64,000 nucleotides of DNA from Octopus vulgaris (taxonomy: Eukaryota): contig OX597814.1 of NCBI GenBank assembly GCA_951406725.2, positions 139,252,001 through 139,316,000 on the forward strand, written 5' to 3'. The notes beneath the pieces were generated by a model. That model saw only the letters and a list, made by a program, of their open reading frames with translations. It was not told the DNA's origin and did no database searches. Shown piece by piece: positions 10,813-22,859 of the stretch (within the stretch, counting starts at the first letter, position 1; every line of letters begins with the position of its first letter). A program made the position numbers and the translations under genes.

Positions 10813-11532
10813 TAGAGGTCTAATGCAAAATTTTTGGCCTTATACCAAAATTCTTCTAAGTAGGATAAGATTTTTTTTTTTCTTACCAGTTCGCCAAAAC
10901 TTTGAGAAAGTTATCAAATCAAATAGAAATATTTTCTGCTTTAGACACAAGACCTACAGCACGTGTATCAAAGTTTATTATCCATTCATTACCTAACACG
11001 AAACTGAAGCATTGCCCTACTTCTTGAAATGTCCTTTGAGTCTTATGAGGAATTTATATTTACATTTACATCTGAAATTTACCAACCTCGGAGTAATAAA
11101 ATGCAAATTTTTCGCTCAGTTGTAAATGAACTCCAAAAAGGAGTTTATCAGTTTGCTATACTACCTTCATATAAATGTTACATAACATCACACAAATAAA
11201 ATTGTATACGTGTGTGTGTAAGTGTTTGTATGTGTGTGTGTGTTTGTATGTGCGTGAGTGTTTATGTGTGTGTACATAAATGTGTTTATATGAGCATGTA
11301 TATGTGTGCATATATATGTGTATGGTTGTGTGGGTACATATATGTGTTAGTGTAAGCGTGTTTATGTGTTGTTAGATAGAAAAACAAAGAGTCTGTGTAT
11401 TGATGTATGCAGTACAGACAAAAAAGAATCCATTGCAATGTATGTAAGAATAATCTTGTCAATTGTATATAATGATTAGAACAATAAAGCAGACATATTG
11501 CAGTCATTATATTTCTGAAGGGAATTAGGACG

Positions 11533-12007
11533 ATGGTAGTGGTGGTGGTGGTGGTCGTCGTCGTCGTCGTCGTCGTCGTGGTGGTCGTCGTCGTCGTCGA
11601 GGCAATGGTGGTTGAGGTGGTGATATTGGTGGTAGTGTTGATAATGACGATGATAATGGTGGTGGTGGTAGTGGTGGTTGTGGTGGTGTTGATGATGATA
11701 ATAGTGGTGGTGGTGGTGGTTGTCGTCGTCGTCGAGGTAATGGTGGTTGAGGTGGTGACTTTGGTGGTGGTGTTGATAATGACAATGATAATGGTGGTGG
11801 TGGTAATGGTGGTTGTGGTGGTGTTGATGATGATAATAGTGGTGGTGGTGGTGGTCGTCGTCGTCGTCGTCGAGGCAATAGTGGTTGAGATGGTGATTTT
11901 GGTGGTGGATGTGATGGTGCTGCTACTGCTGCTGCTGCTGACGATTATGATGATGGTGGTGGTGGTAGCTGCAGTAATAGTAGTAGTAGCAGCAGCAGCA
12001 GCAGTAA

Positions 12008-12069
<62 letters not shown>

Positions 12070-12070
12070 A
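11533..12070. repeat. Composite trinucleotide repeat (GTG/GTC/GAT/GTA) with 135-138-bp higher-order period
   Basis: gagg(c/t)aat(g/a)gtggttgag recurs at 11599, 11734 and 11872. Confidence 0.9.
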
Positions 12071-12267
12071 TGTGGAAACACAAAGAGATTACTGACAGTG
12101 GTTCATAAGGGTGAGACAAAATGTTAAAAACTGATTTCATTAAAGAAAAGAAAAAAAAATGGAAAAATAACAATCAACAACAGCAACATCATCGTCATTT
12201 TAGCATCTTACTGATTATCTTCAGCAGGACCGTCATTATACCTCCTATCGTAATCATTATCATCATC

Positions 12268-12282
12268 AAGAAGAAGAAGAAG

Positions 12283-12314
<32 letters not shown>

Positions 12315-12471
12315 GAAGAAGAAGAAGAAGAAGAAGAAGAAGAAGAAGAAGAAGAAAAAGAAGAAGAAGAAGAAGAAGAAGAAGAAGAAGAAGAAGAAGA
12401 AGAAGAAGAAGAAGAAGAAGAAGAAGAAGAAGAAGAAGAAGAAAAAGAAGAAGAAAAAGAAGAAGAAGAAA
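12268..12471. repeat. (GAA)n polypurine tract, ~200 bp
   Basis: Direct reading. Confidence 0.97.
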
Positions 12472-13060
12472 AGCTTGGAATAGATCCATGAGTTGGTTTG
12501 TTTGGAAATAGCCCAAGCAGACAAAATATTTAAAAAATGGAATATCAGACAAAAAAAAAATTATTGTACAATGTATATGGTAACAAACATTTTATAAGAA
12601 TAAATTTACTGTCTGTTATGATAGGAAAGATATAATAATTATTATGTATATACAACAGATAAATATAAAGCACACTGATTATCTTCCATTGTCGTTTGTA
12701 TAAGGCTAATGAGATGTAAGATTTTCATTACTTATGAATAATGCTGCTATCTCTAATAAGGGAAGCCAATAAGATAAGCACCACAAGACACCAATAACGC
12801 TCCTGGTTACCAGCATCAGGCGCCTCACCTATGTGCGTGTGTGTGTCTGTTTCTAAAGCCTCACAAGGCTGGAGAACCCGGTTTCCATGGCGCATACGTA
12901 CCCGAGATCATAAAACACCCCTGAACAGTATGCCAGCCCGTTGCAGGGTCCGAGGCCATCAATTTTAAGGAGAAGGGACAAGTCGATTACATCGATCCCA
13001 ACACTTGACTGCCACCTTGCTTGTGTGTGTATATGTAGATATATATATATATATACAATA

Positions 13061-13452
13061 GGCGCAGGAATGGTTGTGTGGTAAGTAACTTGCTTACGAA
13101 CCACATAGTTCCGGGTTCAGTCCCGCTGCGTGGCACCTTGGACAAGTGACTTCTACTATAGCCTTCGGCCGACCTAGGCCGTAGGAGTGGATTTGGTAGA
13201 CGAAAACTGAAAGAAACCGGTGGTATATGTTTGTGTATGTGTGTGTGTATTTGTGTGTCTCTGTCCCCTCCCAACCATCTCTTGACAACCGATGTTGGCG
13301 TGCAGGTGCCGTAACTTATCGGTTCGGTAAAAGAGACCGATAGAATTAGTACTAGGCTTATAAAGAATAAGTCCTAGGGTAGATTTCCTCGACTAAAGGT
13401 GGTGCTCCTGCATGGCCGCAGTCAAAATGATCGAAACAAATAAAAGAACAAA
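13061..13452 (+). mobile_element. CORE-like tRNA SINE (family A), full length
   Basis: Head ggcgcaggaatggttgtgtggtaag (A box) and ggttcagtccc (B box); gcaccttggacaagtgactt; family tail. Confidence 0.9.
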
Positions 13453-13454
13453 AA

Positions 13455-13487
<33 letters not shown>

Positions 13488-13539
13488 AGAGTAAAAGAGT
13501 AAAGAGTATATATAAATAAATAATATATATATATATATA

Positions 13540-13587
<48 letters not shown>

Positions 13588-13644
13588 TATATACATACGT
13601 ATATGTACATACTTACATCTATACATATATATATATGCATATGT

Positions 13645-13920
13645 GAGCACAGGACGTCACGAAGCGTGTACAACAAAAAAATACGAAGTACGAGTACATG
13701 GAATATGAACTATTTTTTCGAACAACGAAAGACACAAATGGAAAGCAAGACAAACAACATAAAGAACGACCCTTCGTCAGTTGTTGGCTGCTTTTCTACT
13801 CTAGTATTTTGATCATTTAACAACAATATACACTTTCGATAAAACAGTTGCTCCCGCAAAGCAAATTGAATAAAATTTGGGATTTTACGGAGGGTCAAAA
13901 TTGGTAGCACAAACAGAACA
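13645..13920 (-). mobile_element. Dispersed repeat, reverse-complement homologue of 63735-63915 (probable Penelope terminal segment)
   Basis: caggacgtcacgaagcgtgtacaacaaaa...cccttcgtcagttgttgg matches the reverse complement of the 63.8-kb segment; both abut (TA)n. Confidence 0.7.
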
Positions 13921-14219
13921 ATGAAAAAACAAACTCTCGTTTTTCTCTCTTTCTCTCTCTTATTCTTTTACTTCCTCTTCTTCCACTATTCTATCCTATT
14001 ACTCTCTCTCCTCCCTTGCTCACGTGGCTCCCACGTGACCATCGGCCAACTTTTTTTCTTCTAACTTGTGTTTCTTTCTCTCCGTTGTAGCTGGAATAAG
14101 TAAGTGTTCTTGTCTGTCTCCTGTCCAAGCTTGATTTACGCGTTCTCCACCACAACCTCGTATAGGCTTAGCAGCCCTTCCTGTTTGTAAGTATGTACAT
14201 ATACTTATGTATATATGCA

Positions 14220-14270
<51 letters not shown>

Positions 14271-14314
14271 TATATTGCTATATGATTGAACGCCACGCAT
14301 CCTCTTCCAAGTAA

Positions 14315-14349
<35 letters not shown>

Positions 14350-14799
14350 AAAGAGAATAGAACAGGTAAAATCCAGGCTATATATGTTTCCTAATTAGCA
14401 GATCCTTGAAAGTAATAATTACTCAACTCCGCTAACTACTCATAAGGCCGAAGATACCTTAATTATACGATGTTTACATTGTCGTTAACTCGCCGGAAAT
14501 ATAATTTTAAATGAATGGTGAAAGCGGAAGAACGGGGTGAACAAGAAAGCGAAATAGAAAAAGGCAAATGTATAGAGAAATAAAACGGTCGGTAAGAGAA
14601 AAGAAGGGAGAGGTCAAACATTTGGGAGTGGGCAATATATATATATTACAATACAGAGATGTAACTAGGAAAGTTTGGTGTTAGTTAACGTTGGCTTTTC
14701 TTTTCTGTAGAGAGACATTCCAACAACCCGGAGTTGTTGGGAAAATTCATTTAAACTGAAGGGGTCCTTTGTACTGTAACGTTTTGGAAGTCACTCTTC

Positions 14800-14995
14800 T
14801 ACATGATCACTCGACTGGTTAGAAATAGCAGCTAAATTTTTCCTTGAAATCACTCCCTACAGTTTTAGAAAAGAAAAAACTTATATAATACGATCCTGGG
14901 TTTCTTGCATTTATAAGAAAACAACGGGATGGATACAACTGGAATGCCTTTGTTTAGGGCTAACCTGGGTTTGAACAATAACAGCAACAACAATG
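14800..14995 (+). mobile_element. Dispersed ~190-bp retroposon-tail-like repeat (family C) ending in (CAA)n
   Basis: tagaaatagcagc.aaat...ggatgg...ctggaatgcctttg...cctggg..taaacaacaac. Other copies at ~3265, ~4170, ~8500 (-), 15725-16340, ~17450, ~18420 and ~19655/19980 (-). Confidence 0.65.
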
Positions 14996-15220
14996 CGAGT
15001 CAATAAGGAGTTTTCTACGCAGACTTTTAAACTAGAGTTTCGCAGACGGGTGCTAACCGACCCTTCTTGAGGTCGGCTGAGACTTGTAAAGAAGACAAAC
15101 GAATTACCATATCTAATAAAATTAATAATTTTCAACTTTTTCAATTTGCCCAACACCATGAAGAAGAATGAAGAAATATATGTACGCAAGCATCGTCTTT
15201 TGTTCTCATTGGTGAAGAGG

Positions 15221-15645
15221 AAGGCGGCATGCTGGCGGAACTGTTAGCACACCGGGCAAAAGGCTTTGCGGCATATCATCCATCTTTACATTCTGAGTTC
15301 AAATTCCGCCGAGGTCGACTTTGCCTTTGCCTTTCATCCCTTTCGGGATTGATAAGATAATTACAAGTCATGCGCTGGGGGGTCGATGTAATCGACATAA
15401 CCCCATCATCTAAGATTGCTGACCTTGTGCTAAAATTTGAAACCATTAATAAAGAGAAGAAGGCGATGAGCTAGTAGAATGTTTAGCACACCGGACAAGA
15501 AACAGTGTCATTTCGCCCGTCTTCACGTTCTGCCTAGGTCGACTTTGTCCTTTATCCTTTCGTAGTCGACGAAATAAGTAACAGATGATATGATCGATTA
15601 GCTCCCTCCCCACAAAATTTCATGCCTAATAGAAAGGATTAATAA
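15221..15645 (+). mobile_element. Two SINE family B copies
   Basis: aaggcggc..gctggc head; gaggtcgactttgcctttcatcc core. Confidence 0.8.
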
Positions 15646-15724
15646 AGAAGAGGTAGGTGGTGGGGGCTCAAAACAAAATCCCAAATATTTTTTGTGGGAA
15701 GTTGATACTCATCAGTTTGTGAAC

Positions 15725-16340
15725 CACTGACATAATTTACTTGAAATTTGGGCTAGATCTCCTTGAAATCAATCTCCGCCATCTTGAAAAGGGGAGGACA
15801 TACAGTAAATAATGTAGTTCTAGCGATCCCAAAAAATACGGGATGGTCAAGATAGGACTGTCTTTGATCACAGGTCTCTTCTGATCAGGGATGACCAGGA
15901 GTTAAATAACAAAAGAATGAAATAAAGTGTTTCTAAACAGTTGGTTCTACTTGCTAGAAATAGCAACCAAATCACTCTCAAGTCACACTAACTTTCAATG
16001 GAGTTTGTAATTTAGTCCAAGGCATTACTAAATAGTGGATAGTTCATAGTTAGAAAGCTTTTGATTCATCAAGTTTGACTCAGGGTTAAACAACAACATC
16101 CATAACTCATAGGATCCTAGATAGTTATTGAAGCTACTGCGTAGTTTGTAGTCCTGCTAGAAATAGATGTTACATATTAAATTTCGCCCTATCGGTTTGA
16201 AATTAGAAGAAAAAAAATTAAAACATTTACACCTAGTTAGTTTATGGCTAAAGCAAAGATATTGACAAGTTTGGAAAGGTTTAATAACAGGTCTGATTGA
16301 AAACCGCTGCAACGGGTCTTAATAACTTACTGAGCAACAA
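15725..16340 (+). repeat. Three diverged tandem copies of family C repeat
   Basis: ctagaaatag / cttgaaat motifs and (t)aaacaac tails recur at a spacing of about 200 bp. Confidence 0.55.
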
Positions 16341-18757
16341 ATAATGAATACCTTTCACTGGGGTGTACGAAAATATTGAAAATGCGTTCAATACTTTATA
16401 CTGTACCTCTATACTGTACTAAATATAAATACCAAGTCTGGTTTACTAAATTATTTCATGTCATCCATTTTTTTTTTACTTTTTTGCTATAAATATTCTT
16501 TATTTCAGGAACAGCATATAAAGCTACAATACAAAAACAATAATACTCAGTTTGCACAGAAATGTTTGCCAACATTTTCCAATCTCATTAAATGTAATAA
16601 ATCTAAGTATTCAAACGTTGAGTTTTATTAATTTTCCTTCTGGTTTGTTTGAATAGAACTGATAAATATTTCTTTATAACTCTCACGCAAGATGTCGATA
16701 ACCTGTTTCTTGCTTACAGCGTTCTTCAAGTATATTATTGCCAGACAGAATGCTTTTGTGAGTGTTTGTTTGACATTGTCAGTTTCCAACACTCTAACGC
16801 GCCCAAATTAACTTACATTTTTCATTTGCCTGCAAATTTTCCTGTATCGACTGCTTGGGGTTCGAATTTCGTATTGAAATTTATAACAGTAATGGAACAG
16901 CGAGTTGTAATTTACCAGAAAAATGCAATAAAATTATTTAGCTAAATAGCAGCAGAGCTGGCGCTAGAATTTTTAAGTTTCTGTAATATTTTTACACGGA
17001 CTTTCCATTTTTCTTTAACAACATTTACATTGTTGGTGTTTCAGGAACACCATCAACATTATTGAATGAAAAGAAAGCAACAAATCTTTCTGAAAAGTAG
17101 TTACAAGTCTTGTCTAATTTAGCAGTGTAGCCATTTAGTCTGTCGACATGTTTCAGTAGAACATTCTGAACCTTTCTCTGCAACCATTTTTATCCTTAGT
17201 ATGCTTTGCTTTTTTCATCAAATAATAGTCATTTGATTTATCAATGTTCATACTTAGACATTTGAATCTAGAATTTCATAACAGAATACATTAAACGAAC
17301 ACATTTCTCCAAAATAGGTTTCATGTTTTTTTTTCTTTTTCTCTTTTCATAAAAATTTCCACAAAACTACTAGTTCAATAGTGAGTATATATATTCTTCT
17401 TTTCGTCAATCTACAACAGTCAGAGGGAATCTCTAGGTGGCGGTGGCTGCGTCTGCCAGAAATGAATTCAAACAATACTATTGTCTTAAAAGAGAAAGGA
17501 AGGCCGGAGAATGTTAGTCATGAATATATGACTAGAGGAAAATTAAACAGGGTAGCCACGATTGGGTCTCTTGTAAGCATAAGTCTCCTGCATCAGATTA
17601 AACAACAACCAAAGACAGAAACTATATTGAGAGTCGTGAAAATAAACTCTTTACTGTCTAATGTAGTCATTTCCTGAAGGCTCTAATACTTATTTTGTCC
17701 TTTATCAGATGAAATTAATAATTGTTTCGTCACAGATAAAAATTTACGATGATCTTCATAGATGATCTTAATTACTTCTAACGATGCAAAGTAAGACTAA
17801 TAAAATTTGTAAGAATAATCGCGCTACTGCACAAATTAGTGAGACTTCAATTCGATTTTATCAAATGTTTATTCCATAAAGTTAAATTTCTTTCAAATTA
17901 CCTCATTCTATTATTTTCCTCCAACACATAACACTAATGAAACGATCTCTCGCTTCACTTCATATTGATGATGACAGTAAGAACTTTAGAGAAAGCTTCG
18001 GCTCAACTATTCTTACAAACTCAACAAATCCTGTTAGCAAATAACAATTAACTGGTGTGAAGTTAAAATAAATCAATGAGATAATCATATCATTTATAAA
18101 TAACAGTGAATCATCTATATAAGATCAAAGAGGAGAATCATGGACACATTCCACCCATCTCGAAGACTGTCGCTCCACGTACGATAGGCTTTGCTGGCCA
18201 CTGCTGTCGTAGTGAGGAACAGGTCGTATGAGATATAATTTGGAAATTTCCGCTGCCTAATAAAGGGTGAAGACCACTTAATACTTTTATGTTATTATCG
18301 GAGACGTATAGTATGAAACTATCAGAGAGGAACAGAGATTTCTGATGTTGCGTGGGAAAGTGCATTTCAGTTGAAGCCACTTGAAGAAAAAAATGATTCG
18401 TCTACAAACCAACGAAGGAGCTTCTGAGCTCATCTCCTTTCAATCATACCTTAGAAAGGTACATAAGGAACGGCACATTGTATAAAATAATCTTACACAG
18501 CACTAAAAATACTGGATGATCATGGCTGGAACGCTTTTGACCATAGATCTGCTAATTCAAGATCCACCTAGACCTCAACAACTACTGATTCATCTGCCTG
18601 TTTTCTATTCTGTAGTTTGTATTAGAAATTAATATTTCTTTTACCTATAAGTTTCACTCAGAAATATTCCTTGTAAAAATTAGCGTGTATAACGGTCGGT
18701 AATAAACTATTTATACATTTTATACAAGATCTCGTTAAAGAGTGAGTGAAATGACTG

Positions 18758-19102
18758 GGCGCAGGCTTGGCTGTGTGGTAAGAAGCTTGCTTCCCAATCA
18801 CTTGGTTCCGGGTTCAGTTCCACTGCGTGGCACCTTGGGCAAGTGTCTTCAGCTGTAGCCTCGGGCCGTCGTGCGTGTGTGTGTGTGTGTGTGTGTGTGT
18901 TTGTGTCTCTAAGCTTGTCTTCCCAAAATCGCTTGACAACCGATGCTGGTGTGTTTACGTCTCCGTCACTTAGCAGTTCGGCAAAAGAGACCGCTAGAAT
19001 AAGTACTAAACTTACAAAGAATAAGTCCTGGGGTCGATTTGCTCGACTAAAGGCGGTGCTCCAGTATAGCCGCAGTCAGAAGACTGAAACAAATAAAAGA
19101 AT
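18758..19102 (+). mobile_element. CORE-like tRNA SINE (family A), internal deletion
   Basis: Head, gcaccttgggcaagtgtctt and family tail are present. Confidence 0.9.
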
Positions 19103-19740
19103 ACTTGATTCAGAGGTCAACCAAATACTTCTACACGCAACATTTTTCATCACTCAGACATCCTCAAATAATATGATATGGGTTTAGTTCCCAGCTCGAG
19201 AAATAATTATCCTATTACTTGTCGAAATACAAAAGGTGCACCAATTCCTTTGTCCATCTATAGCCAACTACAATAAAGTGAGTAATTTATCGTAAAGGTA
19301 TACTTTGCAATTCATTCTTCCGAGATCGATATGATGAAGTTTAAATATCAAGTACTGGCGACGATTTGATCAGCTACACCTATTCCCAAAATTTGAGGCC
19401 CTGTGTCTATATTAGAAATCTATTATAAAACATTTGATGCATTTTGATTGTTTTTGTAATCCATCTGTATCACAATCTTTTCCAAAGTCAACTTAATCTA
19501 CCTTCTTTCTTATTTAGTTACATAAAATCTTTGTTTCATTACTTGGGTCTACTCCAATAAACAACCTAATTACAAAAGTACTGCTGGAGAACTGAGACAA
19601 GTCACCATAATTCCACTACCCATTTTGTATCATCTCGAGTGATTTTTTTTTTTTGCTGTTATTTAACCCCAGGTCAATTTGATCAAAGACGCTCCCATTT
19701 TGCTACAACCTGCCTCTCCTTGGGTGTTTGTAGATGTACT

Positions 19741-19950
19741 GGCATATGGCGTATTGGTTAAGAGCGCGGGCTACTAACCCAAAGATTCCGAGTTCGATTC
19801 CAGGCAGTGACCTGAATAATAATAATAACATCGAAAAATACCTTAGGAATGGGAACCCAGGTACGAAATTTCCCCCAAGACACCTGATGAAAGCAGGAGA
19901 GTATATCAGCCGAAACGTCGTAAGACAAATATCTGTCAAATGTAAATAAC
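19741..19950 (+). mobile_element. tRNA(Ser-like)-headed SINE with hammerhead core (copy 2)
   Basis: TGGCGTATTGG (A box), GGTTAAG, CGGG-CTACTAA-CCC anticodon arm, GAGTTCGATTCC (B box), (AAT)n, GACAC-CTGATGA-A..GC...GCC-GAAA-CGTC-GT (19879-19921). Confidence 0.85.
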
Positions 19951-20288
19951 GCACTTTATCTTTTGTTTTCATTTTTTTAACACGATGGCTGAGATTTGAG
20001 GGAGATTTAACTGCTATTTTATCAAGCGAGGACATAAGCATTCCTTCTCCTCTAGTGTCACTCTACTGTGGACTATGGTGCGGTGTTATTATGCAGTATC
20101 GAGACACATTAATAATAGGGTCGTATTCAGGGTCGTAATGTTAGATAACCAGTCAAATGTCTAGAATTTATTTTACGTCCTGGACTCCAATTCTATTTAG
20201 ACGGAATTTACTTTTTATCCACTTCGAAATCTCGTTAAATTAATACAAGAATATTTATATAATATATTCATTTTATATTATATTATAT

Positions 20289-20587
20289 ATTTACATTTAG
20301 AATGATAAACAGCAGAAATGCGTAAATTTTACAAATGATTCATATTTAATTGTTTTTGACAGCTGTTTCAGTGAAATAAAAACATCTCCATTTATGTAAT
20401 TACGTAATTAATATGCATTATTAATTTAAAATGTGACAGGCTACCAATATTTCTCTCCTGATGAGAAAGGTAACAAGTTGCATTATGTAATATTATAAAT
20501 GACGTTTTTATTCCATTGAAACAGCTATCGAAAACAAATTAGGAATATGTAATATATATGCATTTCTGTTGTTTACTATTGTAAATA
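20289..20587. mobile_element. Old foldback element; arms contain GAAACAGCT(G/A)TC and a CTGATGA lies at 20458
   Basis: About 20289-20387 is inverted relative to about 20501-20587. Confidence 0.6.
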
Positions 20588-20984
20588 TGTTACTCTCAGT
20601 TAACGGTTTAGCCGGTTCTGTATATACATGCCAGTTTATTCCATCGATATTTATTGCATTGTAATGATGTATTAGAGTTTGATAAGCGAACTCTTAAATA
20701 TTGTGGATATATTGTTATGATATTTACACATCAACTCCGTATATAGACATATAGCATTTATATAAATGTATGTACTGTACAGCTTTATATATATCTTGTC
20801 TCCCTTGTCAGTCGTTATAAAAGTGCTCTCACGTGGCTAAGAAATGTTTTGATTCTTATTTCTAGCAATGCTTATGGTGACTAGCACCCCCCCTGTCACT
20901 TTGATGACGACTATACTTGTTACTTTTCGGTTGTAAATTGCAAATAGCCACCTTAATAATTTATATATATATATAAATTTTAAA

Positions 20985-22165
20985 TATTTATATTGATTCA
21001 GAGTCAAAGCTGCGATCATGCTGGAGCACCACCGTTGACTGTGTAACACCATTATTTGAATCCTCCTCTGATATGTGGCATTTGGTGAATGAGAGAGTTT
21101 GATGCCGCTGCCCTCATCTGTGTTTCCTGCCGTGGGGTAGGCTTATTTGGAACCCTTGACAGGAGGAGCTTCAGTTTTGTTTTGAAGACGAAGACACCTA
21201 CATCCACACCATGCAGGTTTCTCAGGCATTTTGTTAGGATACTGAAGAGCAATAGGCCCTTGAAACCCAAGCTGTTGCAATATCTGGCCCTCTGTTTTGA
21301 TGGAGACGCTGGAATTTTGGCACTATGCAGTGGCATCCCGTTAAGCTGTTTGTGTAGTTTTCAATGTCAAAGTTTGGTATAAGGACTTCCAGGATTTTTT
21401 TCCAGATGCAATCACTGCATATCTTTCCCACCTTCGTTCTAGGAAGAAGAGTTTTAATTCTTTCAGTTTTTCCCAGTAGTTGATATGTTGCATTGAGACG
21501 ATTTTCTTTGTGTAGCTTCGTCGGATTGCTTCGAGTTCCGACGTTAATTTTATATTGTGTGGTGACCATATTTGGGAGCAGCAATCCAAGCGGCTGATGA
21601 CGTATGCTCTCCAAAGAACCATTATTTTCTCCTTTTGTTTTGAAAGTATAGAGAATCCATCAAGCTAGCCGCCTGCATTTTATTACCAATATGTACTTGG
21701 AAAGATGCATCATTGCTCATGTCAATACCCAGATCACGCACTGATTTTTATCCAGCGATTGCAATTCCTCCTGGGTCATAGTATCTTGTCTCATGTCGTT
21801 CAGCTTTGTGCGCTGGTAACGCAGGTCTTGGAATTTTCTTGCCTTAAACTGCATGTTTTTGTCCTCAGCCCACCTGTATACTGCGTCCAGCTCCCGTTGC
21901 AGATGTGCAATATTTCCAGGATTTTGTATTCTCTAAGAGACCTTTGTGTCATCTGCATAGCTATCAAAGGTGGCTTTCTGAGAAGCTGAGGGCATGTCTG
22001 AGAGAGCAACTATGAATAACAATGGCCCTAAGACAGTGTCCTGCGGAACACCACTTGCTATTTGCGTTTCCTTTGATGTGGCTCCATTGGCCACCACTGT
22101 CTGACGTCTATCTTTTGGGAAGTCGTGCAGCCACTCTCCAGGTTTTCCGACGAGGCCATTCTTTG
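20985..22165 (-). mobile_element. CR1/L2-group LINE 3' fragment, frameshifted RT
   Basis: SGVPQDTVLGPLLF...SYADDTK; SRLDCCSQIWSP; LERRWERY; 3' tail ggtgctccagcatgatcgcag. Confidence 0.88.
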
Positions 22166-22216
22166 AGTGTCCTTTATGGACCGGAAACCTAAGGTAATCC
22201 CATAAACCGCTTCCCA

Positions 22217-22261
<45 letters not shown>

Positions 22262-22279
22262 TATAGATAAATATATTTC

Positions 22280-22527
22280 GGTGCAAATGGATTTTTTCAT
22301 ACGGCGCCGTGTTTTATAATCCTGTAAATAATAATAATGGCATTTTTATATAGGCTTAAAGCTTATAGTGACCACCGTGCAATGACTAAAGAAAATAGTC
22401 TAATAAAGGGGCATATAAGCCCTCGACAGAAAAAAGAAGGCTTTCCTATCCGCGTGGAACTCGAACCCACATCCCTTTTTTAACGCAACTAAGTATGTTA
22501 CCTTTACACCAGCAAATTAGCTTCCCC
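22280..22527 (-). mobile_element. tRNA-headed short element between (TA)n tracts
   Basis: Minus strand TGGTGTAAAGG (A box) ... GGGTTCGAGTTCC (B box) at about 22515-22452. Confidence 0.5.
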
Positions 22528-22559
22528 ATATATATATATGAAGAAACAGTACTGTACTT

Positions 22560-22780
22560 TATTCTTTTATTTGTTTCAGTCATTTTGACTGTTTTTATGC
22601 TTGAGCACCGTCTTTAGTCGAACAAATCGACACCAGGACTTATTCTTTGTAAGCCTAGTATGTATTCTAACGAACCCTTTTGCCGAACCGCTATATTACG
22701 GGGACGTAAACACACCAATATCGGTTGTCAATCTATATTGGGGGTACAAACACAGTCACACAAACACACACACACACATA
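22560..22780 (-). mobile_element. SINE family A, 3' half
   Basis: Reverse complement of the family tail and body. Confidence 0.85.
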
Positions 22781-22782
22781 TA

Positions 22783-22857
<75 letters not shown>

Positions 22858-22859
<2 letters not shown>

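Noticed and set aside
11286-12173. 295-aa poly-Thr 'mucin-like' ORF and the overlapping poly-Val/Pro ORFs
   Set aside because: Produced by trinucleotide repeats that are open in several frames on both strands; no signal peptide, domain or splice evidence.
16440-17400. Possible decayed DNA transposon or Helitron coding sequence
   Set aside because: No motif I could identify with confidence; needs a translated homology search.
19741-19812. Functional tRNA gene
   Set aside because: Acceptor and T stems do not pair properly, and the head continues into a repeated SINE body.
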